The translations under genes were made by a program, and so were the position numbers. A model generated the notes under the pieces. That model saw nothing but the letters and a program-made list of their open reading frames with translations. It was not told the DNA's origin and searched no databases. This document shows positions 52,062 through 59,714 of a stretch of 64,000 bases of DNA, in pieces. The stretch's first letter is position 1; the number at the start of each line of letters is the position of its first letter. The stretch is from Alphaproteobacteria bacterium (GTDB lineage Bacteria; Pseudomonadota; Alphaproteobacteria; RF32; CAG-239): NCBI GenBank assembly GCA_015062235.1, contig SUUZ01000006.1:11258-75257 (forward strand). The letters run 5' to 3'.

Positions 52062-52342
52062 CTTAACCTCTTTGTTTGAAATTTATACACACTTTATTTT
52101 ACATAATATACATTGTGTAAAATTTAAAAGCAATATATTTTACACAAATTTATTTGTATAAAACCTGTTATTCACAAAACAATTTGTGTAAAATATTTAA
52201 GAGGTAAGTTATACACAAAACATTTTGTGTATAATAAAATTGACACTAAATTATTTGTGTATAAAAAAATCAAAAAATTTTTACACAAATACAAGTGTGC
52301 AGAATTCTCATTTCTGTTTATTTCTATAAAATTCAACAAGAT
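52062..52342. repeat. iteron-like array: at least 7 copies of TTTGTGTA(A/T)AA / TTTTACACAAA in both orientations incl. palindrome TATACACAAAA-CA-TTTTGTGTATA
   Basis: Copies read directly at about 52113, 52138, 52158, 52178, 52190, 52220, 52232, 52255 and 52285. AT-rich. Lies upstream of Fic and inside the 70-bp-DR-bounded cassette. Confidence 0.6.
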
Positions 52343-52412
52343 ATAAATGAATATATAAAAAATAAAGAACCATAGATTTCTCTATGATTCTTCTTATGAA
52401 ATTAAATGATTT
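52343..52412. repeat. 70-bp direct repeat copy B
   Basis: Identical to 50868-50937. Confidence 0.75.
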
Positions 52413-52466
52413 ATTATACATAATAATAAAAAGGGCTCATAATTGCCCTAAATTGCTTTATTTTAA

Positions 52467-53189
52467 TTACAATTCCATCATTTCCTTATGTGTAACATAT
52501 TTGTTTTCTATTTCATCTAATAGTAAAATCATTGCATTACTATCAACAATTCTTGCTAAATCTTGACAATCTAAATTAACAATAGGTATTGGACATACTG
52601 TGCTTCCATTATAGTAATTTAACAAACTTGTTAAATACTGCCATTTGTTGAACACTGTAATGTGGGTAGCAAGAATGCCATAATTATCTGGCAGACTATT
52701 TATATTTGCTCCTTTTTCTAATAGATATTCAACTAAATAGGTATCATTCTTTCTCAATGCTAATATTAGGGCACTTTCACCTAAATCATTAGTAGCATCA
52801 ATATCTTCCCCCTTATCTAATAGGACATCTATAACAATTTTTTTATCAAACTTACATATTTTTGGATTTGCTACCACTGCCATCAATAATGTGTAGTTAT
52901 TCTTATGTTTCTTTTGGATATTTAAAATATCAATCTCTGGCAGAAGTCTTGTATAATTTTCTTCTTCTAAAAATAATCTAAATAAATCATCATTACCCAT
53001 AATTGGGTAGAATTGTTGCAATAATTGCTCTTCTGTTATGAAGGACAATCTATTAATTAATTTTTGAATATATTTGGCATTAGGGGACATAAGGAATGAA
53101 GGTATTGTCTCCTTATAAACTGATTTGAATAAATCAATTATTTCTTTTTTTGTAATACCACTAAAATCAACTTTATTACTATTATCCAT
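52467..53189 (-). CDS. ankyrin-repeat protein
   Basis: At least 2-3 ANK repeats: DATNDLGESALILALRKNDTYLVEYLLEKGANINS. 240 aa. Confidence 0.7.
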   Translation of the reverse strand: MDNSNKVDFSGITKKEIIDLFKSVYKETIPSFLMSPNAKYIQKLINRLSFITEEQLLQQFYPIMGNDDLFRLFLEEENYTRLLPEIDILNIQKKHKNNYTLLMAVVANPKICKFDKKIVIDVLLDKGEDIDATNDLGESALILALRKNDTYLVEYLLEKGANINSLPDNYGILATHITVFNKWQYLTSLLNYYNGSTVCPIPIVNLDCQDLARIVDSNAMILLLDEIENKYVTHKEMMEL

Positions 53190-53226
53190 TGTAGTTCCTT
53201 TTATTATAATAATATTTATTCAATTC

Positions 53227-54165
53227 CTAATATGAATTGGCAAATAATACATCTTGTTTATTGTAGATTTTGGATATCTTATTGTAAAAATCCATTCCTA
53301 ATAACTGCTTTTTCTCATCTGTTATGTCTTCTTTTATTGAATATGAATAAATGCCATCATTTTTAACTTTACCTAATTCAATATCTAATTTGGGATATTT
53401 GGGATTTAGATAGGTAAGGGAATAAAATATTATTTCACCTGTTTTTTTATCTATATGTTCCTTCTTTTTTGCCAAATTATGTTGGGGGAACTTACATATT
53501 TCTTTATCTATTCCTTTATTTTTACAATATATGATGCCATCAACATTTTCTAAATCATTACATTCTATTGTATCATAATGATTTTTATGAAGATTTAAAA
53601 GATTATAAAATATAAAATCTTTTAGTTCTTTTGCTTCATCATCTGTTACATCAATTAGTAGATGATAATGGGTATGTTCTTCTACATCCCTAACTTTCCC
53701 ATTTTCTTCAAATAAGAAGAATTTAGGTATTTTATCTAATTTCTTATACCATCTTTTACCTAATTTATTGCTGTAATAGAATCTCAATATATTATGTAAT
53801 TCATTGAATAATTGATTTTCTTCATTCCAAGTTTTAGGATTTATTGATATAAATTGGGGATTTGTCATCAATTGATGTATTGTATCAGTTGTTGTTTCCA
53901 ATTTTGGAAGTGATTTATCTTGCTCTCTTATTTTAAAATTTATTTCATTCACTAATGAATTAAAATTATATTCATCAATTGCTTTTAATTCAGTTATGTA
54001 ATTTGAATCAATAAATTGATATTTCTTTAATTGTTCAATATTTCTATCTTTAATTGCTTTAAATGACAGATTTAATTTGTTTAATCTTTTGATTTTATTA
54101 TAAAAATCAATTTGTTTTAATTCTCTTGCTGTATATTTTGTTCCTACAATATTACTCATAATCAC
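53227..54165 (-). CDS. hypothetical protein with possible HUH-endonuclease-like motifs (HTHYHLLI ... IIYCKNK)
   Basis: His-hydrophobic-His motif at about residue 165 and a Tyr/Lys motif about 40 aa downstream, as in rolling-circle Rep/relaxase proteins. Otherwise unassignable. Confidence 0.3.
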   Translation of the reverse strand: MIMSNIVGTKYTARELKQIDFYNKIKRLNKLNLSFKAIKDRNIEQLKKYQFIDSNYITELKAIDEYNFNSLVNEINFKIREQDKSLPKLETTTDTIHQLMTNPQFISINPKTWNEENQLFNELHNILRFYYSNKLGKRWYKKLDKIPKFFLFEENGKVRDVEEHTHYHLLIDVTDDEAKELKDFIFYNLLNLHKNHYDTIECNDLENVDGIIYCKNKGIDKEICKFPQHNLAKKKEHIDKKTGEIIFYSLTYLNPKYPKLDIELGKVKNDGIYSYSIKEDITDEKKQLLGMDFYNKISKIYNKQDVLFANSY

Positions 54166-54415
54166 TCCTAATAATTAAGTATAAAAAGAACAACAGAAGG
54201 TTTTACCTCTGTTTTTTCACTCTCAATAATGTGGATTTACCTACATTATCTTACTGATTTTGAAATCAAATGGGTGTGTCCTAAATCTATTTATTAGAAT
54301 ACCATTCCATCTTGGAATTTTTAAAAATTAAAATTTTAAAATCTAAAAATAATTATTTTGACTTTTGCTTAACTTGTTGGAAATCAATAAAAAGTGATAA
54401 ATAGATATAATTACT

Positions 54416-54793
54416 ATGGGGAATTATATGAATATAATAGAAAGCATCCAACAACAGAACCAATTAAGGAAGATAAAAAAAGAAGTTAATAGAATTGCAC
54501 TGCCTAATAAGGCAATTGCTTTTTTAAAAAAATGTTATGGATTAGTTGCTGATGAATTGAAACTAATTGAATCTCAATATGAGTTTAGCAGGCAGATAAT
54601 GAATACTAATCAATTTTATTATGCTAAAATGATTTGTGAAGGCAAATCACCTTCTATATCTTGTATCTCCACAATTGTTGAGAATATTAAGACATTAAAA
54701 GAATTACCTAACCTAAATAAAAGTATATTGAAGCAAATTGATGCTTTATATGATGAAGGGCAACAAATTATATATCAGAAATTGTTGAAGTGA
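54416..54793 (+). CDS. hypothetical protein (125 aa)
   Basis: ORF with RBS-like sequence. No motifs. Confidence 0.3.
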   Translation: MGNYMNIIESIQQQNQLRKIKKEVNRIALPNKAIAFLKKCYGLVADELKLIESQYEFSRQIMNTNQFYYAKMICEGKSPSISCISTIVENIKTLKELPNLNKSILKQIDALYDEGQQIIYQKLLK

Positions 54794-54883
54794 TAAAAAT
54801 TGATGAACTCAATATCTTTTTTATAATAAAATAAGTTTTATCTTGCCTTTTTTATTTTTGAACTATAAACATAGTTAAGGTAT

Positions 54884-54960
54884 ACTGGTGTAGCTCATCT
54901 GGATAGAGCACAGGTTTCCTAAACCTGGGGTAGGGGGTTCAAGTCCCCCCACTAGTGCCA
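54884..54960 (+). tRNA. tRNA-Arg (anticodon CCT), intact, island-borne
   Basis: Manual cloverleaf: acceptor ACTGGTG/CACTAGT. D-arm GCTC-ATCTGGATA-GAGC. Anticodon arm CAGGT-TTCCTAA-ACCTG. T-arm GGGGG-TTCAAGT-CCCCC. Encoded CCA. 77 nt. Confidence 0.88.
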
Positions 54961-55899
54961 GTTTCTGTGTTTTATCTGATGTGTTGCCTCATATTCTTCT
55001 ATATCTTTTAACTTATAAAATACTTTGCTACCTATTTTAATATAGTTAGGACCTTCCCTTCTGACTCTCCATCCCATTAGGGTATTTTCTTTCATATTCC
55101 AGTAATCTGCCAATTCTTTGGTGGTCAGCATATCTTTTTCAATTTTTTGAGAATCTGATTGTTTTACCTTTACATCATTGGTAATAATTTTAATTCCATT
55201 GCTGTCCTTATGTTGTAATTGTAGTTTTTCAATTTCATTAGCATATAGGTCAAATTTTGAGTTTTTTAGTGAATTTTTGAATATTTCCAAGCATTTTATG
55301 AAATCTTGCTTGTGTTTTCCTTTGAAATCAATATTCAACATTTCAAACTTTTCACCAAATATTGTCTTTGTCATCCAGAATAAATTATGGAAAATAGAAT
55401 CCTTAATACAACTGTTCATATTCCAATCTCTTCCATAGAAAGATACTTCATCTTTGAACTCTGTGTTATAGAATTGGAGTCCCTTATCATCATTGTGGTG
55501 TTTTGTTTCTTCTATATCACATCTAAATGTTGCTTCTTTATAAAAGATAACTCTATCAAATACTGTGTTTTTATTAAAAATAGAATCCTTGAAAAAGACA
55601 GAATCCTTAAACTTTATGTCTTTAAATTTTAAATATGTTTTGAATGATGTATTACTAAAATTGACAATATCATTAAAATCACAGTTATTAAATGATAGGG
55701 ATGAGGTGATTTTTAATTCATTTCCTTCAATTTTACCAAACTTACAGTTATCAAACTTTGTATTTTTTGTTTCTAATAATAGAATCTCTACCAATTCACT
55801 ATTATCTGCTTGTGTAAAGTCAATATCCTTAAAATTAGCAATTTTTTGCTGAATAAACTTCTCTTGATTAAAGTGTGTCTCTCTTTTGTATTTTCTCAT
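54952..55899 (-). CDS. Xis/AlpA-like HTH (excisionase-family) protein with N-terminal Phe-rich 5-6-residue tandem repeat domain
   Basis: C-terminal LTTKELADYWNMKENTLMGWRVRREGPNYIKIGSKVFY matches the excisionase/MerR-like HTH. N-terminal region has F at 5/6-residue intervals (beta-solenoid-like). Stop overlaps the tRNA 3' end. Confidence 0.5.
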   Translation of the reverse strand: MRKYKRETHFNQEKFIQQKIANFKDIDFTQADNSELVEILLLETKNTKFDNCKFGKIEGNELKITSSLSFNNCDFNDIVNFSNTSFKTYLKFKDIKFKDSVFFKDSIFNKNTVFDRVIFYKEATFRCDIEETKHHNDDKGLQFYNTEFKDEVSFYGRDWNMNSCIKDSIFHNLFWMTKTIFGEKFEMLNIDFKGKHKQDFIKCLEIFKNSLKNSKFDLYANEIEKLQLQHKDSNGIKIITNDVKVKQSDSQKIEKDMLTTKELADYWNMKENTLMGWRVRREGPNYIKIGSKVFYKLKDIEEYEATHQIKHRNWH

Positions 55900-55903
55900 A
55901 TTA

Positions 55904-57046
55904 CTATCCTATCATCTTCTTAACTGTGTCATTTAGTGTTTCTCTTAGTTGCTCAACATCAAGGTTCACATAAATCTGTGTGCTTTGAATATTAGAATGA
56001 GTTAGTGCTTTTTTCACTTGGAAAGCATTGGCACCATATGAGACCATATATGTTGCCAATGTATGTCTTAAATCATGGAGGTGTAAATTAGTAATTTCTG
56101 CTTGGGTTAATATAGATTTCCAAGTTCCTCTAACCTCTGTGATATGCCCTGTTTTAGATTCAGTTGAGAAGAATACATATTCATTGTATTTTGTTTCTGC
56201 TAATCTTTTTAATATTTTAACAGCACTATCTACCAAGGCAACAGACATATTTTTGCCTGTTTTTGTTTCTGGGATTACCCAAGTTTTACTTTCCAAATCC
56301 ACATCTTGCCATCTCATAGAAAATACATTGCTTCTCCTTGCTCCTGTCATCAATAGCAACCAAATAGCATCTTTGGATATAGAATCTGGATAATTATTGA
56401 TGACCTCAACAAACTTTTCCATTTCTTTTTTGGTTAAATACCTAATTCTTGGGGATTCTTTATTCAACTGAACTGGAACTACTGGGTTTCTGCCATCATA
56501 AAGGTTTCCTTTAATGAAATAATTAAAGATGGTTTTGGAAAATACAATAGAATGATTGGCACACCTTTTACCATTATTAGTGGTGATTTTTTTATGTAAT
56601 TTTTTGAAATCATCAGTGGTTAATTGAGATATTTTCTTGTTTCCAAGAACATTTAAATAGTTTTTCCATAGTCCTTTATAACCATCAATAGTTCTTGGTT
56701 TTAGGTGTTGTTCTTTTTCCTCTATGAATTTTTCATACATAACTTTAAAAGAATCCTCTTGATTTAATTTCTTCTTTTCAGCAATAGGATTCTTGCCTGA
56801 ATTCAACATAATTTTAGTTTTTCTTGCCTCATTTCTTGCTTCATCAACACTCATAAATGATGGTTCACCAAGTTTTACTCTTATCTGATTACCAAGAACT
56901 CTACCTCTTAAATAATAACTTTTATTACCACTTGGAGTTAATAGAAGGGATAAACCTTTCTCTTCTGTGTCATAAACATAGACCCTTTTATTTTGAGGTT
57001 TCAGATTCTTAATATTAGCATTAGTAAACTTGAACTTGTTGCTCAT
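55904..57046 (-). CDS. int: tyrosine recombinase, P4-type integrase
   Basis: N-terminal arm-binding domain (FTNANIKNLKPQNKRVYVYDTEEKGLSLLLTPSGNKSYYLR). C-terminal catalytic HDLRHT...Y motifs. 380 aa. Confidence 0.9.
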   Translation of the reverse strand: MSNKFKFTNANIKNLKPQNKRVYVYDTEEKGLSLLLTPSGNKSYYLRGRVLGNQIRVKLGEPSFMSVDEARNEARKTKIMLNSGKNPIAEKKKLNQEDSFKVMYEKFIEEKEQHLKPRTIDGYKGLWKNYLNVLGNKKISQLTTDDFKKLHKKITTNNGKRCANHSIVFSKTIFNYFIKGNLYDGRNPVVPVQLNKESPRIRYLTKKEMEKFVEVINNYPDSISKDAIWLLLMTGARRSNVFSMRWQDVDLESKTWVIPETKTGKNMSVALVDSAVKILKRLAETKYNEYVFFSTESKTGHITEVRGTWKSILTQAEITNLHLHDLRHTLATYMVSYGANAFQVKKALTHSNIQSTQIYVNLDVEQLRETLNDTVKKMIG

Positions 57047-57058
57047 CTATACCCCCTT

Positions 57059-57084
57059 GGTGCCTCATTGGTGCCTCACTTTTT
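57059..57084. repeat. tandem GGTGCCTCA x2 + T-run motif (right-end copy, 13 bp upstream of int start codon)
   Basis: GGTGCCTCATTGGTGCCTCACTTTTT. Matches 43810-43835. Confidence 0.5.
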
Positions 57085-57205
57085 ATCAATTTTGATAAAT
57101 TTAAATCAATACACAAGAAAAATAAAATGCTTGATTTTTATTGAAATACAGTATATTAAGAAGAATATTGGGTGTCAATGAAAAAGATAAAAAACCTTGC
57201 TTCCA

Positions 57206-57255
57206 CAGTTTCCTAAACTGTGGGTAGGAGGTTCGAGTCCTCTCACTGGCGCCAT
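57206..57255 (+). pseudogene. 3' portion (anticodon arm to CCA) of the disrupted host tRNA-Arg(CCT); includes right 20-bp direct repeat (57206-57225)
   Basis: ACAGT-TTCCTAA-ACTGT-GGGTA-GGAGG-TTCGAGT-CCTCT-CACTGGC-G-CCA. Followed by a strong terminator. Confidence 0.7.
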
Positions 57256-57256
57256 A

Positions 57257-57296
57257 AAAAACTCCCCTCAACTATTTAATTAAGGGGAGTTTTTGA
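57257..57296. terminator. rho-independent terminator (CTCCCCT ... AGGGGAG + T-run), bidirectional
   Basis: 7-bp GC-rich stem with 14-nt loop and TTTTT. Lies downstream of the tRNA remnant and of the convergent BI-1 gene. Confidence 0.6.
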
Positions 57297-57313
57297 TTTG
57301 TTATTTGTTAAAA

Positions 57314-58033
57314 TTAGCGCCTATCTCCTAAAAAACGTAGTAAGTATAGAAATAGATTTATAAAATCAAGGTATAGTTTTAATGCGCCAGTTAAAGCTTT
57401 TTTTGTAGCGATATCACTACTATCAGCAAAACTATAAAAAGAACGAATCATTTGAGAGTCATAAGCTGTAAAAGCGCTGAATAAACCTACGCCAATGATA
57501 GATAGGGCCCAATCAAAACCAGAGCTTTTTAAAAAAATATTAACAATTGAGGCGATGATTAAACCAAACAAACCCATAATTAGAAATGACCCCATTCCTG
57601 ACAAGTCTTTTTTTGTTGTGTAGCCATAAAGACTTAGGGCGCCAAATGCACCTGCAGTAATTAGGAATACTCGGACAAGGCTAGCCTGGGTGTACAACAA
57701 AAATATAGGAGCAAATCCTATGCCGTTTAAAGCAGCATAAGACCAGAAAAGAAGTTTTACTTGCGATGGAGTTCCTGAGTTTACCACCCATCCAAACGCA
57801 AAAACCAAAACTATAGGAGCAATCAAAGCTAGCCAGCCGAATCCTGATAAAGTCATCCCTTGAGGTGTAATAGAATAAAAAGCGTTTAGTAAGGGTGTGT
57901 TTAATACTATCCAAGCGGCTAAAGCTGTTAAACAAAGACCTCCTGCCATAAAGTTATATACTTTTAGCATATAACTGCGTAAACCCTCATCAATAGTTGT
58001 TGATTTTATGGATGAAAAAGTATCGTTTTGCAT
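57314..58033 (-). CDS. Bax-inhibitor-1/YccA family membrane protein
   Basis: 7-TM protein with the characteristic N-terminal LRSYMLKVYNFMAGGL motif. 239 aa. Confidence 0.7.
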   Translation of the reverse strand: MQNDTFSSIKSTTIDEGLRSYMLKVYNFMAGGLCLTALAAWIVLNTPLLNAFYSITPQGMTLSGFGWLALIAPIVLVFAFGWVVNSGTPSQVKLLFWSYAALNGIGFAPIFLLYTQASLVRVFLITAGAFGALSLYGYTTKKDLSGMGSFLIMGLFGLIIASIVNIFLKSSGFDWALSIIGVGLFSAFTAYDSQMIRSFYSFADSSDIATKKALTGALKLYLDFINLFLYLLRFLGDRR

Positions 58034-58110
58034 ATAATTTTCCTTTGTTTTAAGTTGTCATTACTATAAATATAGGAAAATAGTTTTAAAAAATCAATAA
58101 AGATAAAAAC

Positions 58111-58818
58111 TTAAATGTAGTTATATAGAGTTTTTCCTTTGATTTTTAACCACTGTTTACCTTCTTTATAGTTTGGACAAATACTTTCAAGAGTGTGCCA
58201 AAAGTTAGTAGAATGATCGGGGTGCTTTAAATGGCTTACTTCGTGGCAAACAAGGTATTCTATAACATATAGTGGCGCCATAGAGATTCGCCAATTATAA
58301 TTAATATTACCACGAGTTGAACAACTTCCCCAACGAGATTTTGTGTCTTTTACTGATATTGTGTTTACTTTTACATCAAGTTGTTTTGCTTTTTCAATAG
58401 TTAGTTGTGATAAGAGTTTCAGTGCTTGTTGTTTCAGAAAATCGGTGGTTCTTCGATGGAGAAACTCTATATTCCCTCCAATTTTCAATAGATTGTTTTC
58501 AAAACAACTACCTCGTAATAGAGGGTTGTGTTGAATTGTATATTTTTTATTCCAAAAAGATAACTCTGCACCATCGAAAAAATGGGTGTTTTGAGGAAGG
58601 TGAGCCATCATATTTGTTATCCAATCTTTATTAGAATCTAAAAATAATAAAGCTTGTTTTTGGCTACATGTTTTAGGAATAGTTAAAACAGCACAATGTA
58701 ATTTTTCATCAATTCGTAAAATTAGTTTTTTTGCTTTTAAAGATTTAATGATTTTAATTTTAAAAGGGAATTTATTAGAAAAATTAAAGATCTGGCCAGT
58801 CAACAATGTAATCTTCAT
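58111..58818 (-). CDS. YgjP/DUF45-family zinc metallohydrolase
   Basis: HEXXH motif VCHEVSHLKHPDH near the C-terminus, typical of the YgjP/WLM family. 235 aa. Confidence 0.65.
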   Translation of the reverse strand: MKITLLTGQIFNFSNKFPFKIKIIKSLKAKKLILRIDEKLHCAVLTIPKTCSQKQALLFLDSNKDWITNMMAHLPQNTHFFDGAELSFWNKKYTIQHNPLLRGSCFENNLLKIGGNIEFLHRRTTDFLKQQALKLLSQLTIEKAKQLDVKVNTISVKDTKSRWGSCSTRGNINYNWRISMAPLYVIEYLVCHEVSHLKHPDHSTNFWHTLESICPNYKEGKQWLKIKGKTLYNYI

Positions 58819-59302
58819 AATTTTTGACCTCTGTTTCTGATATTAAAGGGCGATTTTTCAGTGATTGGTTTGCCTGGTGAACAGAAGAAGCTTCTTTGGT
58901 TATCAAAGGATGCCAAGATGGTAAAGATTTACCCTCGGCCAATAAACGATAAGCACACGTTTTGGGGAGTATTTCTGGTTCTGATATAACCGTATGTAAG
59001 TTTATATCTCGGCAATCACTGACTTTTTCAAAACGGTGTTCATAAATTTGGCAGAGGCAAGTGTTAGGATCTAAAAAACGGCATCGAGCATTAGTAAAAC
59101 AAACTTTTCCTCTTATATCTATTTTGTTTAAACAGCATTTGCCACAACCATCACATAAAAGTTCCCATTCTTCTTTACTCATTTTTTCTAATGGTTTTTT
59201 TTGCCAGAAAAATGGTTCAAAATTATTTATTTTTGCAAAACGATCTTGATTGGTATGTTTTTTTCTAGGCCATTCAAACATTTTAAAATTCCTCATCTTC
59301 AA
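58784..59302 (-). CDS. YcgN/UPF0260-family Cys-rich protein (paralog 2; true start may be internal Met at ~59281)
   Basis: CDGCGKCCLNK...C...C motif. Paralogous to the adjacent upstream gene. Confidence 0.55.
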   Translation of the reverse strand: MKMRNFKMFEWPRKKHTNQDRFAKINNFEPFFWQKKPLEKMSKEEWELLCDGCGKCCLNKIDIRGKVCFTNARCRFLDPNTCLCQIYEHRFEKVSDCRDINLHTVISEPEILPKTCAYRLLAEGKSLPSWHPLITKEASSVHQANQSLKNRPLISETEVKNYEDYIVDWPDL

Positions 59303-59711
59303 TTATATAATCTTCTAGATATTTTTCATCAACCAGATTATTTTTTATTAGATTGTTTGGAAGGGATGGTTTTGGAGTATTTTCTTTCAAAGGATGCCAA
59401 GAGGGTAAGTCTTTGGTTTCCAAAAGTATACGATAAGTACACTTTTTTGGCATCCAAGTTATATTTTGAATGTTTTTTGGGGTAATTTTAATGCATTCTG
59501 GTACTAAAGAACAGCGGTCGGCATATTTTGTGCAAAGGTGTTTTTCTGTGTCAAACAGATGACATATAATATTTGTATAGTAAATATCGTTTGTTTCATC
59601 ATCTTGTAATTTTATTAAACAACACCTTCCACAATGACAACAAATTTGTTCCCATTCGTCTTCAGATAATTCTGATAATTCCTTGTTTTCCCAAAAATTT
59701 TTTTGTTTCAA
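59283..59711 (-). CDS. YcgN/UPF0260-family Cys-rich protein (paralog 1)
   Basis: CCHCGRCCLIK ... SWHPL motif shared with the downstream paralog. 142 aa. Confidence 0.55.
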   Translation of the reverse strand: MKQKNFWENKELSELSEDEWEQICCHCGRCCLIKLQDDETNDIYYTNIICHLFDTEKHLCTKYADRCSLVPECIKITPKNIQNITWMPKKCTYRILLETKDLPSWHPLKENTPKPSLPNNLIKNNLVDEKYLEDYIIEDEEF

Positions 59712-59714
59712 TGG

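Noticed and set aside
52062-52342. Possible CRISPR array, given the many short repeats
   Set aside because: The repeats are only about 11 bp, occur in both orientations with irregular spacing, and have no unique spacers. No cas genes are present. The pattern fits iterons or operators, not CRISPR.
54884-57255. Alternative model in which the intact tRNA-Arg(CCT) at 54884 is the host attL and the 57206 fragment is its attR (a 2.3-kb int-xis mini-island)
   Set aside because: The 57206 fragment's acceptor strand CACTGGC does not pair with the 54884 tRNA's ACTGGTG, but it pairs perfectly with the 43688 fragment's GCCGGTG. The 20-bp repeat is identical only between 43714 and 57206. The model is kept as a less likely alternative.
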